Shown: in pieces, positions 33,606-45,424 of the stretch
Position numbering within the stretch: the first letter of the stretch is position 1
How the letters are laid out: every line of letters starts with the position of its first letter
Origin: Antechinus flavipes
Taxonomy: Eukaryota
Assembly (NCBI RefSeq): GCF_016432865.1
Contig: NC_067401.1
Location: forward strand, 190,340,001-190,404,000
Length of the DNA stretch: 64,000 nucleotides
Direction: 5' to 3'
Position numbers and translations under genes: made by a program
The notes under the pieces: generated by a model
Seen by the model: the letters and a program-made list of their open reading frames with translations, nothing else
Database searches by the model: none
What the model was told of the DNA's origin: nothing

Positions 33606-36600
33606 TTTGGTCCTAAAATCTTCAGTGAACAGGGGGATTCCAGCTTCTGCTCTGTACAGTCCAGTGTTGGGCTGAGTATCTGGGGAATATAAAGAACATG
33701 GTTGCTACTATCAAAAAAATAACAATAATTATTACTGGGTCTTCACTGTGGTAAGGCAATCCATTTAAATCTCCCAACTTGACTGACCATCCCACAGCGA
33801 CTTTTCCAAAGTTCCCCTTCTCCCCACCCTCTCATTGATTGCCATTCCTCATATTTCACTGAAAAAACCTGAGATCATTCAAGGGACTCCCTCTTCTCCC
33901 CTATTTCTCATCTTATATTACTTTGACCTCATCATTAAACTGAAATTGCTCTTTGTACATTGTCTCCCTTATTAGATTATGTCTTCTGTGTGAAAAGACT
34001 CCTTTTTGCCTTTCTTTATATCTCTAGAATTTAGCACATAGTAGGTGCTTAATAAATGATAGTTGACTGACATGAAAAATTTTGTAGTTACAATTGTTAT
34101 TTTTATAACCATTTTATTACAATTCATTATTTACAATTTATTATTATTATTTAATACAATGTTATTTTATAAACTTTTAAGGTTTATAAGGCTTTTTATT
34201 TCAATGAAAAGTCACCCAGAAGAAAAAGCAAGACAAATCAAATCACACAGACCAAAGAACTATTGAGTTTATAAAGTGTCAAGGTCTAATTCCTTGATAA
34301 ATTCAGTCTAGCCACAGATTGGTTGACTGGTCAGCATTGAAAATGTTCATTTATTTAAGTCTCCACTGAATGCAGAGTACTCTATTGGTAGCTGAGAGAA
34401 TTAGAAATGTCTAAACATTAGTTTAGATTAAAAAACTCACTCTCATATAATACTTTTAAGATTTATGAACATAGGGCAGCTAGGTGGCACAGTGGTTAGA
34501 GCACCAGTCCTGAAGTCAGGAGGATCTGAGTTCAAATCTGGCCTCAGACACTTAACACTTCCTAGCTGTGTGACCCTGGGCAAGTCACTTAATCCCAATT
34601 GCCTCAGGGGGGAAGGGGGAATTTTGGGCATTTCCCCCCCAGACCAGATTGTGAAGGAGATAGCACAAGTTGAGTTATTTCTGTCTTATAGAAGGGGAAA
34701 CTGAGTGTGTAGAGAGGAAAATGACTTGCCCATTTTCCTCCCTTCATATGTAGTGCTTTTTTGCATGAGACCCTGTTACCTTTTATATGGAGCTTATGTT
34801 AGTTTAAAGACATGAGTTTAACTGGTTGATATCTTACTCATTCCTGATCTTCCCCTCAATCCCATCTCCTTAAAATCTAGTTGTATTTGCCTCACATTCT
34901 CTCAAAAGGTCTTGTCCTAGAGAGTCCTCCCTTGGGCCTGAAAGATATCCTTCACAGACCTTGCAGATATAGGTGAGGGATTACTGATTTTACAAAATCA
35001 AGGAGTATGTGAACTTTGGATGGGAAAACATCTCCCTTTTTTAATAACCTCTGATTGAAATGTAGCATTTCTTTTGATCTTTTAAAAATGCTATTCTGAG
35101 AAAGGGACTTTAGGCTTCACCAGACTGCCAAAGGGATCTTGGATGCAGAAAAGGCAAAGAACTCTGGTTCTTGGTTGCTCTTCTGGAAGCACTACCCTCA
35201 TTTTCAACCATTTCTTTCCACCTTGGTCAATTTGCTTGAAACTTAAGTCATTGTTAAAACTGGCTCTGCTTATAAGTGAAACTGACCTTTTTCATCTGAG
35301 TTCTAATAGACATCAAGGTCCAGCATCATTTCGTGGACAGTGTTGGTTGCTGCCATTATCTATTTTTTTCCCCAGTAAATTTATTTATTTTCCATACACA
35401 TTCTTTATGAATCATGTTGGGAGAGAAAAATCAGAAGAAAGGGAAAAATCATGGGAGAGATAAAGAAAAACAGAAAATAGAAGTGAACATAGCATATATT
35501 GATTTACATTCAGTCTCCTTAGTTCTTTTTCTGGATGCAGATGTCATTTTCTGTCCAAAGTCTATTGGGATTGCTTTGGAAGTTGCTGCCATTATCAGCC
35601 CCTGAGACTGCCTGCTACCATGATCTCAAACAGATTGACTTTCTCTTTGAGTCATGCCCTGCTCCTGTTTTTCCCTGTCTTCTGACCTACTGTGAAATTT
35701 CTATTTCTGATTAGACCCTGGGATAGCTATAATTCTGAACCCTTTGGTAACACTGAGATGATAGATACTGCTCATATTAATAGGTTAATAACCAATTGCT
35801 CATTGACTCATGTTAGTAGTTTTCATGTTTTTAGTAGTTTCTGAGGTAGAGACTGATAGCTAAACTAGGAAGAGTCAAAAAAGAAAAAGAAAACTATAGA
35901 CCAATTTCTCAATGAACATTAATGCAAAATTTTTGAATATTAGCAAGAAGATTGTAGCAATATATGAACAGAATAATGCCACATAATAATATGACCAAAG
36001 GTTTATACCAGAATCAGGGCTGGTTCAATATTAGGAATATTGAACAGCATAATTTACCATATCAATAATAAAATCAACAGGAATCATATCTTAATAGATG
36101 TAGAAAAAACTTTTGACAAAATGCAGAACCCATTCCTATTTAAAATACTAACAGCATAGCAAGAAATAGACTTTTCTTTTAAATGGTAAGTATGTATCTG
36201 TTCAAAACCACCAGAAAGCATTATATGTAATGGGGATAAGCAGGAAGCTTCTCTGTACCTTCTCTGTACTAGAGATGTTAGAGCTATAAGAGAAGAAAAA
36301 GAAATCGAAAGAATTAGATCAGGCAATAATGAAACAAAGGTATTATTCTTTGCAGATGATATGATGGTATATTTTAATCAACTAAAAAGCTATTTGAAAT
36401 AATTAACAACTTTAGTAAAATTGCAACATAGAAAATAAAGGTAGGGCTTCGAGAACAGCAGCCATAGCAGACTCTACCTTTTCTGTGCTCTACAACCCTT
36501 TGGCAGTCTGGACTCAGTGAATATTCAGACCTCCCCCAAGCTGAAATTGCCATCTCCCCGCCAGAAGTCCTCTGGCAGTTTTTGGTGTAGCAATTTTTAA

Positions 36601-39327
36601 AGACAGCAAAAATACAGACTTAAGGAAGAATCATTACATCACATGGTATAATGAAAGAAGATGAATCTGGTGGCAGGGCTGGAAAGGAAAAAGACTGGAA
36701 GCAAAGAGACCAGTTAAGAAGCTTTTTAAGAAACAAGGCCTGAGAGGGTGAAGGCTAAGACTAATAGAGTTAGCAGTAAGAATGGGGGGAAAAGAGACAG
36801 ATAGGATAGATGTTTTGAAGGAAAAAATTAGTAACTTAAAGGTGGAATAGGAAAAAATCAGAGTTATTTCCTAGGTTGGCAGCTGGATGGTGCTGGGGAT
36901 AGAGCCCTGGGCCTGGAATCATGAAGGCCCAAGTTCAAATGTGGTCTGAGACACTTAATCTAGTCACTTAACCTCTGCCTTAATATCCTCAATTGTTAAA
37001 TGGGGATAATAACAGTTCTAACTTTTCAAAGTTGTGACTAACAAATGAGATAAAATATTTATAAAAGCTTTTACTTAGCTTGGCACATAGTAGGTACTTT
37101 ATTTCCTACCATCAGGCCTTTTAAACTGGCTGTCCTCTTAGACTTAAAACCACCTTCTGCAGAGAGCTTTTCCTGGTCCCTCCAGAGCCTGTACTTTCCT
37201 ATCTAAAGTTTTTTTCCATCTATTCAGCATGATAGATTTATAGGTGGAAGGAACCTCCAAAGTTTTTTTGTACTCCACCCTTTACTTTATAGATGAGACC
37301 AAGACTTGAAACCAAGAGAAATTAAATGACTTGCCCAGGTTTTTAGAATTAGTTAATTAGTAGAACCCAGATTTTACCTTGGGTCCTCTGATATCAAAAT
37401 GATTGCTTTTCTCATTATATGATTACTACCCCTGGATTAAAATAACAGAACAAAATGAAGAGAAAGCTGAGAGCAAAGAAGATAATGGAGAAAGCTAGCA
37501 AGAGAGAGATAGTAGATTGGGGGACAGGGATGATTTAAATAACCACTTGAGCGTTCTTTTACTGTTACCTCAGGTTTCAGCATCCCGGGATTGTGTAGGC
37601 TTTGAGGCTGTGCAGGAGGTGCCTGTGGGGTTGGTGCAACCAGCAACTGCTGTTCTTTATGACTACTATGAGCCTGGTAAGTAAAAAAAGGAAGCATGGG
37701 AGAACCTGGACTTCAATATATAGGGAGGTAGGATGGGGGAAGAAGGGAAATGATGAAATAGCATGGGGCACACAAAGATCTTGGGCATTCTGAGAAAACA
37801 TAGGATTATTTGGAATTCTTGTCTGATTTGAAGATGAAAAGAGAGTCTTGAGCCTAAGGTCCTTCCTCCCCTTCCCCCCTTATTATTGTGCCATGGACTT
37901 TTCTCCTCCATGGAGAAGTAGTAGGGGAAATGGAGAGACAGTTTTGTGACTATCTGTGACTTTTTTATCTTTACAACAGAGCAGAAATGTGTTGTGTTCT
38001 ATGGGGCCCCACGTAAGAGTAAACTCCTATCCACACTGTGTTCTGGAGATGTTTGCCAGTGTGCAGAAGGTAAGTTAAAAACAATACTAGATAGGTAAGG
38101 TGTGAATTTAGGGGGAATATCATACATACTTTTTGGAGCTTAAGGCACCGGAAATAATGAGAGACACATACAAATAGAAATCAAGGTATATAACAGTTCC
38201 TTTCTGTGTTCTATTCTTTTCTTTTCCCCCATGAAGGGAGGGAGTTACAAACATATATGATTAAGCAAAACAAATTTCTGCTTTAGCCATTTCCAAAAAT
38301 TGTCCAAACCAAACTAAAAAAAAGGCTCCATCTGTGTTTTGAGTGCATCATCCCTCTATTAGGAAGGTATGTGGCAAGTTTCATTGTGAGTTCTCTTTCT
38401 CTGCTCATCACACCCTGTTTTCTCCTTTCTTAGGAAAATGTCCTAAAAAATACAGACTCACAGAAGTGGAAAAAATGGAGGAAGAAGTCAGGATGAACTA
38501 TGCTTGCTATGATCCACGTGTACATTATGGTGAATTGATAACCTTCAAGATCTTGCCTTTTTCTTTAGGGAGCCAGGAATCTTAAGTCTTCTAGTTCTGT
38601 ATTTTTTTCTAGATACTTCCCTCCTCACCCCAAGCTTTTGACTTAGTATCCAACCATATCAAGTTTAATTCTCTCAACTCCCAGGGTGACCTCTGCTCCC
38701 TTCTTCCCAATAACAGGTTTCCAGGTTGAAGTTCTCCGAGCAGAGGACAAAGCTGCCTTCCGACTCTTTGAAACTAGGATTACCCGTGTTCTGCACTATA
38801 GTATTGATGGGGGCTGCAAACATTGGGTGGGGGTAGCTGGGGAATGGGGATAAGGGTGGCAGGGGGATATCCCTGCCCCTCTAATGTTTTCTTCTTTCCT
38901 TCTCTTAGCTCAAGATGTCAAAGCTGGTATTGGCCAGACTCGAAACTTCCTGGTCCGAGTTTCCTGTCGTTTGCAGCTCGAACCTGGAAAGGAATATTTG
39001 ATCATGGGACTTGATGGAGTCACCTTCGACATTAAGGGACAGTGAGTTATCTATGACTTAGAGGGACCCTGTTACTTGTATCTTTGGCTTTTCCCTGAGG
39101 CCCCAAACCCTTATTCCTTTGGAGACTCACAGACCCAGGCCTTCCCTCCCTCTAAGGTTCTCATCCCTGACTCTTTCTTACATAGGCCCCAGTATTTGCT
39201 GGACTCCATGACTTGGATTGAGGAGATACCGTCTGAAAAGAACTGCCAGGCCTTAAGATATCGGCCTGCTTGTGCCAACCTCAGTGAATTCCTCCAGAAA
39301 TATGAAACACAGGGCTGTCAGGTTTAG
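20869..39327 (+). CDS. C4: Complement C4 precursor, 41 exons, 1747 aa, intact
   Basis: Exons 20869-20933, 21107-21311, 21587-21788, 21956-22026, 22119-22207, 22579-22661, 22782-22878, 23086-23191, 23293-23419, 23648-23763, 23896-24075, 24238-24423, 24554-24739, 24869-25024, 25341-25467, 25849-25920, 26006-26200, 26282-26396, 26514-26584, 27032-27171, 27283-27486, 27844-27895, 28251-28340, 28556-28765, 28972-29047, 29181-29337, 29503-29640, 29761-29932, 30584-30819, 30928-31095, 31448-31507, 31926-32019, 32126-32309, 32508-32598, 33029-33103, 37574-37676, 37980-38069, 38434-38529, 38717-38800, 38909-39041, 39186-39327 (5244 nt). Features: beta-alpha site RKRR, C4a ending GLAR, thioester GCAEQ, PCPVIH, sulfotyrosine-type [10 protein letters not shown], alpha-gamma site RRNRRKR, ends QGCQV*. 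Confidence 0.97.
22380..22526 (+). repeat. Templated insertion in C4 intron 5: copy of C4 24700-24800 flanked by 17 bp direct repeats
   Basis: 22406-22506 matches 24700-24800 with 4 mismatches in 101 nt. tgtatataagagcaaca occurs at 22380-22396 and 22510-22526. Confidence 0.9.
28051..28194 (+). mobile_element. Marsupial CORE-SINE (WSINE1-like) in C4 intron 22
   Basis: ggcagctaggtggcgc...gagttcaaat...caagtcacttaacccc with a poly-A tail. An agaatggg repeat on both sides is TSD-like. Confidence 0.85.
33128..33182. repeat. (GT)n microsatellite just inside C4 intron 35, preceded by a (GA)n run
   Basis: Direct observation. Confidence 0.95.
33185..33629 (-). pseudogene. Inverted fragment of STK19 (last ~24 nt of exon 3 plus most of intron 3) inside C4 intron 35
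   Basis: The reverse complement matches 17136-~17559. I counted 6 substitutions over ~245 nt between the two microsatellites and 5 over the next ~83 nt. Confidence 0.92.
33780..34070 (+). mobile_element. Degenerate LINE-2 fragment
   Basis: Ends in a typical L2 3' terminus (tagcacatagtaggtgcttaataaatg). Confidence 0.55.
34473..34606 (+). mobile_element. Marsupial CORE-SINE (WSINE1-like) in C4 intron 35
   Basis: gggcagctaggtggcacagtggttagagc...gagttcaaatctggcctcagacacttaacacttcctagctgtgtgaccctgggcaagtcac. Confidence 0.85.
35885..36440 (+). mobile_element. Degenerate LINE-1 ORF2 reverse-transcriptase fragment in C4 intron 35
   Basis: Frameshifted remnants of [24 protein letters not shown] and LFADDM.VY. 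Confidence 0.85.
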
Positions 39328-39504
39328 GGGATGATATTCTCTCCTTCCTCTCCCCCACCCCCATAGAATTTCCTGTGGTTCACACCTGCTCTGTACTTTC
39401 TCATCCCTTCTTTATGAATGGAAGGGGAGGCCTAATTATATCAGGATTTACTCTTGACTTCTACTTTCCTTCTATTCTCACCTCTCAAACTGGAAACCAA
39501 CTTA

Positions 39505-39510
39505 ATAAAA
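39505..39510 (+). terminator. C4 polyadenylation signal
   Basis: AATAAA ~180 nt after the stop. Confidence 0.7.
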
Positions 39511-41035
39511 ATTGTTTGATAGCCAAGTCAGTGATGTTTGTTTTATCTGTGACCATTTTCTCTGGATCACTGCTCTTGGACATAGGACTGCTACATCTAT
39601 GACCACTGTACCACATTTCCACTTCCCTTAACCTTTTCTCTTACCCAATTACTGTAACTACTTCTAGTCTCTCCTTGATTCCTCTCAGACCCATTCTTCA
39701 TTCCTCTGACCTTTTAGCAAATCCTGACCCGTAGGTCTCTTGCCACACCCCCTTACTCACCTGTACTTTTCTGCCTAGCCAGCTACCATCCTTACCTCCA
39801 GGAACATTATAACTTTGAAACTGATTCCATTGGAAACTTGTTTCTATCAGCATCATGTTACTTACCCATGTCATAGCAGCAAGTTCCTCCATTCCCTTGA
39901 TTCTTTTCCTAGCCCATTTTTCTGTAATTTCTCATCATCCTGTACTCTTCCTGCTTTGACCTACTCTATATTATTCCTTATTCCTTTCTTTCCCTCTCCC
40001 TTAAAACCCATGATTGTCCTGGCTTTGTCCTCTGGTTCTATCTTTCTCTTTAGCTTTGTCCTCTTACATCTTCCATCGGTACATATAACATAATGCCATG
40101 AACACTACACTGTTGCATATGTGTTCTGTTAAATATTGGGGAAAGAATTGATTAAAAAATAGGGAAGCACTTGACAAATGATCTCACTTGAGCCTTATAA
40201 TAACACTATAGAATAAGATATTATCCCCATTTTATAGAGGAAGAAACTGAGGCTGAGAGAAATTGAGAATTAGCTAGTCAGTTTCAAAGTAGGAATTTAA
40301 ACTTGTTTTCCTAAGTCCTAAGTCTAACACTGTATCCACTACATTGCCTTCATGGCAGAAACCAAGGTTGGATAAGGAGACATGCAGTTAAGGTTATCCA
40401 GACTTAGTTAGTATGGCATAATGAAGATTACTGATTTGGAAGAGAAAAGGCCTAGGTTCAAATCCTCATTCTGTTATTTATTACCCTGAGTTACCTTAGA
40501 CAAATCATTTAAACTTATTGGGGCCACAGTTTTTTCACCTTGTAAAATAAAGAGGGTGGGGGTGGGGGTGGGAGGTATCAGATGAAGAAGGGAGATTTTC
40601 AACTGAAAAAAATATAATTTGAAAAACAAAAAACAGTGATTGTAATACAAACACTAAACTATTTACTTAATGTGACTCTTGAAGTCTTGGATTCAAATTG
40701 TAGAGACTTTTAATGGTAATTTTATCTACCTTTTTCCACTCATCCCTCAATTCAGAACTAGTAACATCTGAAATTAACTTGGCCTAGATATTCAGTCCCT
40801 TACCAATGCTACTCACCCAGACAAAGAATGGCACTGAGATAGTAAAATATTTAATTGGAATGGAAATAATAGCTAAAGTAACAGAATTGTCAGTCACATT
40901 TAACAAATATCTTGAGTTTAGTTTTTGATAAGCTCATGGTTTAAAATTAAAAAAATACTGAGGAATGGAACCATTATTCAACAAAAAGAGTGAAATGGCA
41001 AAAAAAAAAAAAAATAGGGTAACAATCTTAGGTTA

Positions 41036-41760
41036 TATTGTTCAGTTATTTCAGTCGTGTAGATATGGCCATGTAATGAGATTCAGGAAAGCAAAGATGA
41101 GTTGCAGATGTTGTGAAGATCTGCAATGAGTTGTTCTCCCTGCCTAAAGGTATCTTTATTTACAAGTAAAAGTCTCAGACAAAATCCAAGTATAATTTTG
41201 TGCCATACTTTGGGAAGGGGCAATTTTTATAGACCAAAGGAAGGGGAAGAAACTAGGAGAATGTTTTGATTATCAGGAGATTTAGGAAGATAAGGGATGT
41301 TTTGGAAAACAGTTGTGGTGATGTTTTGCTCAAGGGTAAGATCAAGGAGGAGTGGGGGAGAATACTCGAAGGACAAAATCAGGGAGGAGTAGGGAAGAAT
41401 GCTTGAAGGATAAGAGCAAAGAGGAGTTGGAGAGAGACATCATGGATAAGGACAGTCAGGGGAGATTTGGGGAAATACTTTCAGAATGAGTTGAGTAATT
41501 TTGACTTAGGGGAAAAGCAAGCTGACTTGAGTTCCCATCAATGCCATGACTCCATTTGGGATTTTCTTGGCACAAAGACTGGAGTGGGTTGCCATTTCCT
41601 TCTCCAGCTCATTTTACAGATGAGGAAACTGAGGCAAAGAGAGTTAAATGATTTAGCCAGGGACATACAGCTACTATGTCTGAGGCTAGATTTGAATTTA
41701 GGTATTCCTGACTCTTGGCTCAGTACCCTATCCAATGTGGCTGTTAGCTGGTCCATCAAT
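41036..41760 (-). mobile_element. Mar1-type CORE/RTE SINE split by a ~490 bp LTR-like insertion (41058-~41546)
   Basis: The SINE end ttgttcagttatttcagtcg resumes at 41547 as tgactccatttgggattttcttggc...tttacagatgaggaaactgaggc. The insert begins TG and has a minus-strand TATAAAAA (41224-41231) and AATAAA (41155-41160). Confidence 0.6.
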
Positions 41761-42278
41761 GGTCCATCTTCATAAGATACACATAATATATACATATGTA
41801 CATATATGTGATATATATGCATACATATATATTGATATAATACATACAGAATATATGTTTGTACACATTTGCAATATACAAAAATAAGTCAATGACTACA
41901 AAATAATAAAAGTAATTGGAAGAACAATATTAATTATGAGAGGATTATTTTTATCAATCAATAATCTTATGCCAGACACTGTACTGGATATGTGAAAAAC
42001 CAGTGAAAAGATGAAACAGTCTCTTCTGTCTTCAAATATAAGAATTCATTGGAGATAAACTGATAGGTTTGATTATGCAAAAAAAAAAAAGAATTCTGCT
42101 GAATGAAAATAATGTCTAATCTGAGAAAGAAATAAAGAGTTGGAAAAAATTTAAAGTAAATATGTCAAATAAAAGATCTGAGATCAATATTGAGATGAAT
42201 ACTTCTATATATATGAATACTATAAGATACATACTTCTCAGTGGAGTAGTGGTTAAAAGATACTGAACAGATCATTTT

Positions 42279-43047
42279 CTTTTTATTTATTTATTAATTT
42301 TTTTATTATAGCTTTTTTATCGACAGAATATATGCATGGGTAATTTTTGCAACATTGTTCCTTGTTAGAATCCTTACAAAGTGATAAATCAGTTGCCTAA
42401 TTTAGCATGGTACTTAGCAAATTCTCTAGCTCACTAATGTATTTAAGTACTCATTGGAGTTCACACTTTTGGAAGATTCACAAGTCAGTATTCAGTATGA
42501 GATTCACAAGTCAGAAACCCATAATCCCACTCTCTCAGAGGAGGAGTCAATCTTTGGGTTCACACCTTTAAGAGATCATATATAAGAAGCTTTTAGAGCT
42601 TCAGTTAGTCAGTTCGGAAGGTTGCCAGGAGTCGGGAAAGCTAACCGGGCCCAAGGTAAGAGACAAGACTTGGAAGGAGAAAATAAACGTTTGGATTTTA
42701 TCAGCTGGCTGCATTTGAAGTGATTATTACTTTGAACTGAAACTAAGGCTGTCTCCAGAAAACCTCCCCGAGAAATCTGCTCCCAGAAAACCCTCATATA
42801 TTATACAAAAGAAGAAGAACGCCACAGTTCCTTGCACTCACTTTTGTTCCAACTTTCCCCTTCCCTCCCTCCAACTCCTCCCCTAGATGGCAGGCAGTCT
42901 CATACACATGTTAAAGTATATCTTAGATACGATATATGTGTGCAGATCCGTACAGTTCTCTTGTTGCACAAAAAAAATTGGATTGAGAAGGTAAAAATAA
43001 CCCGGGAAGAAAAACAAAAATGAAAGTAGTCCACATTCATTTCCCAG
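42279..43047 (-). mobile_element. 5'-truncated LINE-1 3'UTR insertion hosting a nested solo LTR
   Basis: T-tail at the left. 15 bp TSD tgaacagatca(t/c)ttt at 42264-42278 and 43048-43062. Homologous to the + strand copy at 44390-44688. Confidence 0.75.
42363..42826 (+). mobile_element. ERV solo LTR with 6 bp TSD
   Basis: TG...CA termini, TSD gttcct at 42357-42362 and 42827-42832, TATATAA at 42579-42585 and AATAAA at 42682-42687. Confidence 0.85.
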
Positions 43048-43179
43048 TGAACAGATCACTTTCAAAGAGGACCTAATTGTTAATAGACATATAACCTGCA
43101 GCCCATGATTCTTGTTGACTGACATATTGGATATAATCATGATTGTTGTCATTCATTTGTTCAGTTGTACAAGTATGCC

Positions 43180-44050
43180 CGGAAATCTTTGGGATTTTCC
43201 TGCCCACTGTATTCCCCTAAATCTGAACGAGTTGCATGCTAGATTTTCTTAGGGTTGATTTCCTTCCCTTGTCTTTCATATGAGCCATTCTGGACCTCTG
43301 CCACTGTGGCTGCATTTGACCCTGTCAACATTATGCCATCAGTGTGTTGGTATTCACCTGTTTCTCTCAGAAGGAGAAGCCTCTTCCAGGTTTCTGTCCA
43401 TCATAATGTGGTAATACTACGGAGAATCCTGGGGAAGGGTATGAAGACATATGCCTTCCCAGGTGAAAGCAAACTGTTCCTGACTAGTCTCAGTCCTAGA
43501 AATAGAGAAAAAAGCATTGTCAAAATTGATAGCCCTACTTCACCCCACCTGAGCCTGAGCTACCTGGTCTTCAATATTGACAGGAACATTGACAAGATCA
43601 GGGACAGCTGTAGAGATAAGCATAGCAACTTCTCAAGTGCTATCTGCTTCTCTCACAGGATTGTTGTTGTAAGAGGATATGGGATAACAGAATACTCCAG
43701 CTGCCTTCATCTCTATCATCTTTCCTTTCCCTCCCTCTGCCATATTATATGGTGGTATGGTTGAGGTAACTAAGGATTTCCATTTGGTTGTACCCCCAGT
43801 AACATGTCTAGAGGTTCCTAAATAGGCCCTCCCAGAAAGGGACCCTATAATAATCCTCTTTGGACTGACCCTGTAGCCTTCCCTGAAAGATTCAAATGAG
43901 GCTGGACCTTTAGAGAATATCTCGAGCTTGGTGGTGCTAAAGGGCCCCAGGTCCTACATACTTAGTTTTCCTGTATAGTTTTATTAGCCAGAAAGAGTTG
44001 GCCATCAATTAGTCTCATCAGACCCTTGTTTCAGGAGCTATACGCCAATC
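43180..44050 (-). mobile_element. Degenerate class III (ERV-L-like) endogenous retrovirus pro-pol fragment
   Basis: Minus-strand translation across stops and frameshifts gives TKWK, AVPDLV, INFDNAFFSI, QEQFAFTWEG, LPQD, HTDGIMLTG, EINPKKI and FRGIQW. These are colinear with ERV-L RT motifs (IDLANAFFSI, QKQFAFSWQG, LPQG, HYIDDIMLIG, EINPTKI, FLGVQW). The segment above ~43800 is weaker. Confidence 0.8.
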
Positions 44051-44389
44051 TCCCTTTTGGGGACAGTATCATTCTCCTCATCCCATCTATCTCTATTACT
44101 TCTATTCGCAAACTATTTGTAGTGACAGCAAAATTTATTCATCACAGCTGTCTCAGCCTCTTACTCAGATTTCACCAGCTGATCAACCTATACATGTGTA
44201 TCTGTGTGGTGGTAGAAATTCATAGCTAAACTCGAAGACACTCAAGTGGGGTTCCACCTAGAAATCAGAGAGGTAATTAACTGAAATTCTCTGAAATATC
44301 ATTTGTTCTTTCTATATCTACCCAAATTTTGTAGCTGATGCAATGTCATCCACAGGCTGAAGAAGCAATCTTAAAAAAAATCCAGAAGG

Positions 44390-44688
44390 AGCTACACTCA
44401 AAGAAAGAACACTGGGAAATGAATATAAACTGCTTGCATTTCTGTTTTTCTTCCCGGGTTATTTTTACCTTCTGAATCCAATTCTCCCTGTGCAACAAGA
44501 AAACTGTTCAGTTCTGCACACATATATTGTATCTAGGATATACTGTAACCTATTCAACATGTAAAGGACTGCTTGCCATCTGGGGGAGGGGGAAGAGGGA
44601 GGGAGGGGAAAAATCGGAACAGAAGTGAGTGCAAGGGATAATGCTGTAAAAAATTACCCTGGCATGGGTTCTGTCAATAAAAAGTTTT
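44390..44688 (+). mobile_element. 5'-truncated LINE-1 3' end with 17 bp TSD
   Basis: aaaaaaaatccagaagg at 44373-44389 and 44689-44705; L1-type G-rich 3'UTR and AATAAA. Confidence 0.8.
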
Positions 44689-45116
44689 AAAAAAAATCCA
44701 GAAGGGACTGACTTATAAAATGATCCCTTCTTTCCCTTAAATATTACTAGATAAGGACTTTAAAATAAGGAGAAAAAACACTATTTAAAATTGTTTATAT
44801 CAATGTAATCTAATTTTGAAAACTTACTAGCAAAACATAATCAAGCCTTTATTTCCCATTAGATATCTTTGGGAGCAACTTGAATATATATCCTAGTTCT
44901 TGGATTTTTAACAATCTAATTTTTTTTGCTTTACTAAAGTTTAGTGCTCCATTAAATTTTTTTAAAAAGGCACCACCTTTTAGTCTTATTCTTCTTTTTG
45001 GAGGATATATACCCTCACCAATATCCTAGATATATATGTATACACACACACACACACACACAGATTTCTCATATCAATTTGAAGGAATGAGGTATTTATA
45101 CATTAATATTATACAG

Positions 45117-45424
45117 NNNNNNNNNNNNNNNNNNNNNNNNNNNNNNNNNNNNNNNNNNNNNNNNNNNNNNNNNNNNNNNNNNNNNNNNNNNNNNNNNNNN
45201 NNNNNNNNNNNNNNNNNNNNNNNNNNNNNNNNNNNNNNNNNNNNNNNNNNNNGATGGTAAGCTGAAGTTACATAGTTTAACCTAGTTACNNNNNNNNNNN
45301 NNNNNNNNNNNNNNNNNNNNNNNNNNNNNNNNNNNNNNNNNNNNNNNNNNNNNNNNNNNNNNNNNNNNNNNNNNNNNNNNNNNNNNNNNNNNNNNNNNNN
45401 NNNNNNNNNNNNNNNNNNNNNNNN
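45117..45424. other. Assembly gap: N runs at 45117-45252 and 45290-45424 around a 37 nt island
   Basis: N characters. Most of the island repeats the sequence starting at 45425. Confidence 0.98.

Noticed and set aside
43255-43764. 169 aa ORF on the + strand
   Set aside because: It is the antisense shadow of the degenerate ERV-L pol fragment and has no protein similarity of its own.
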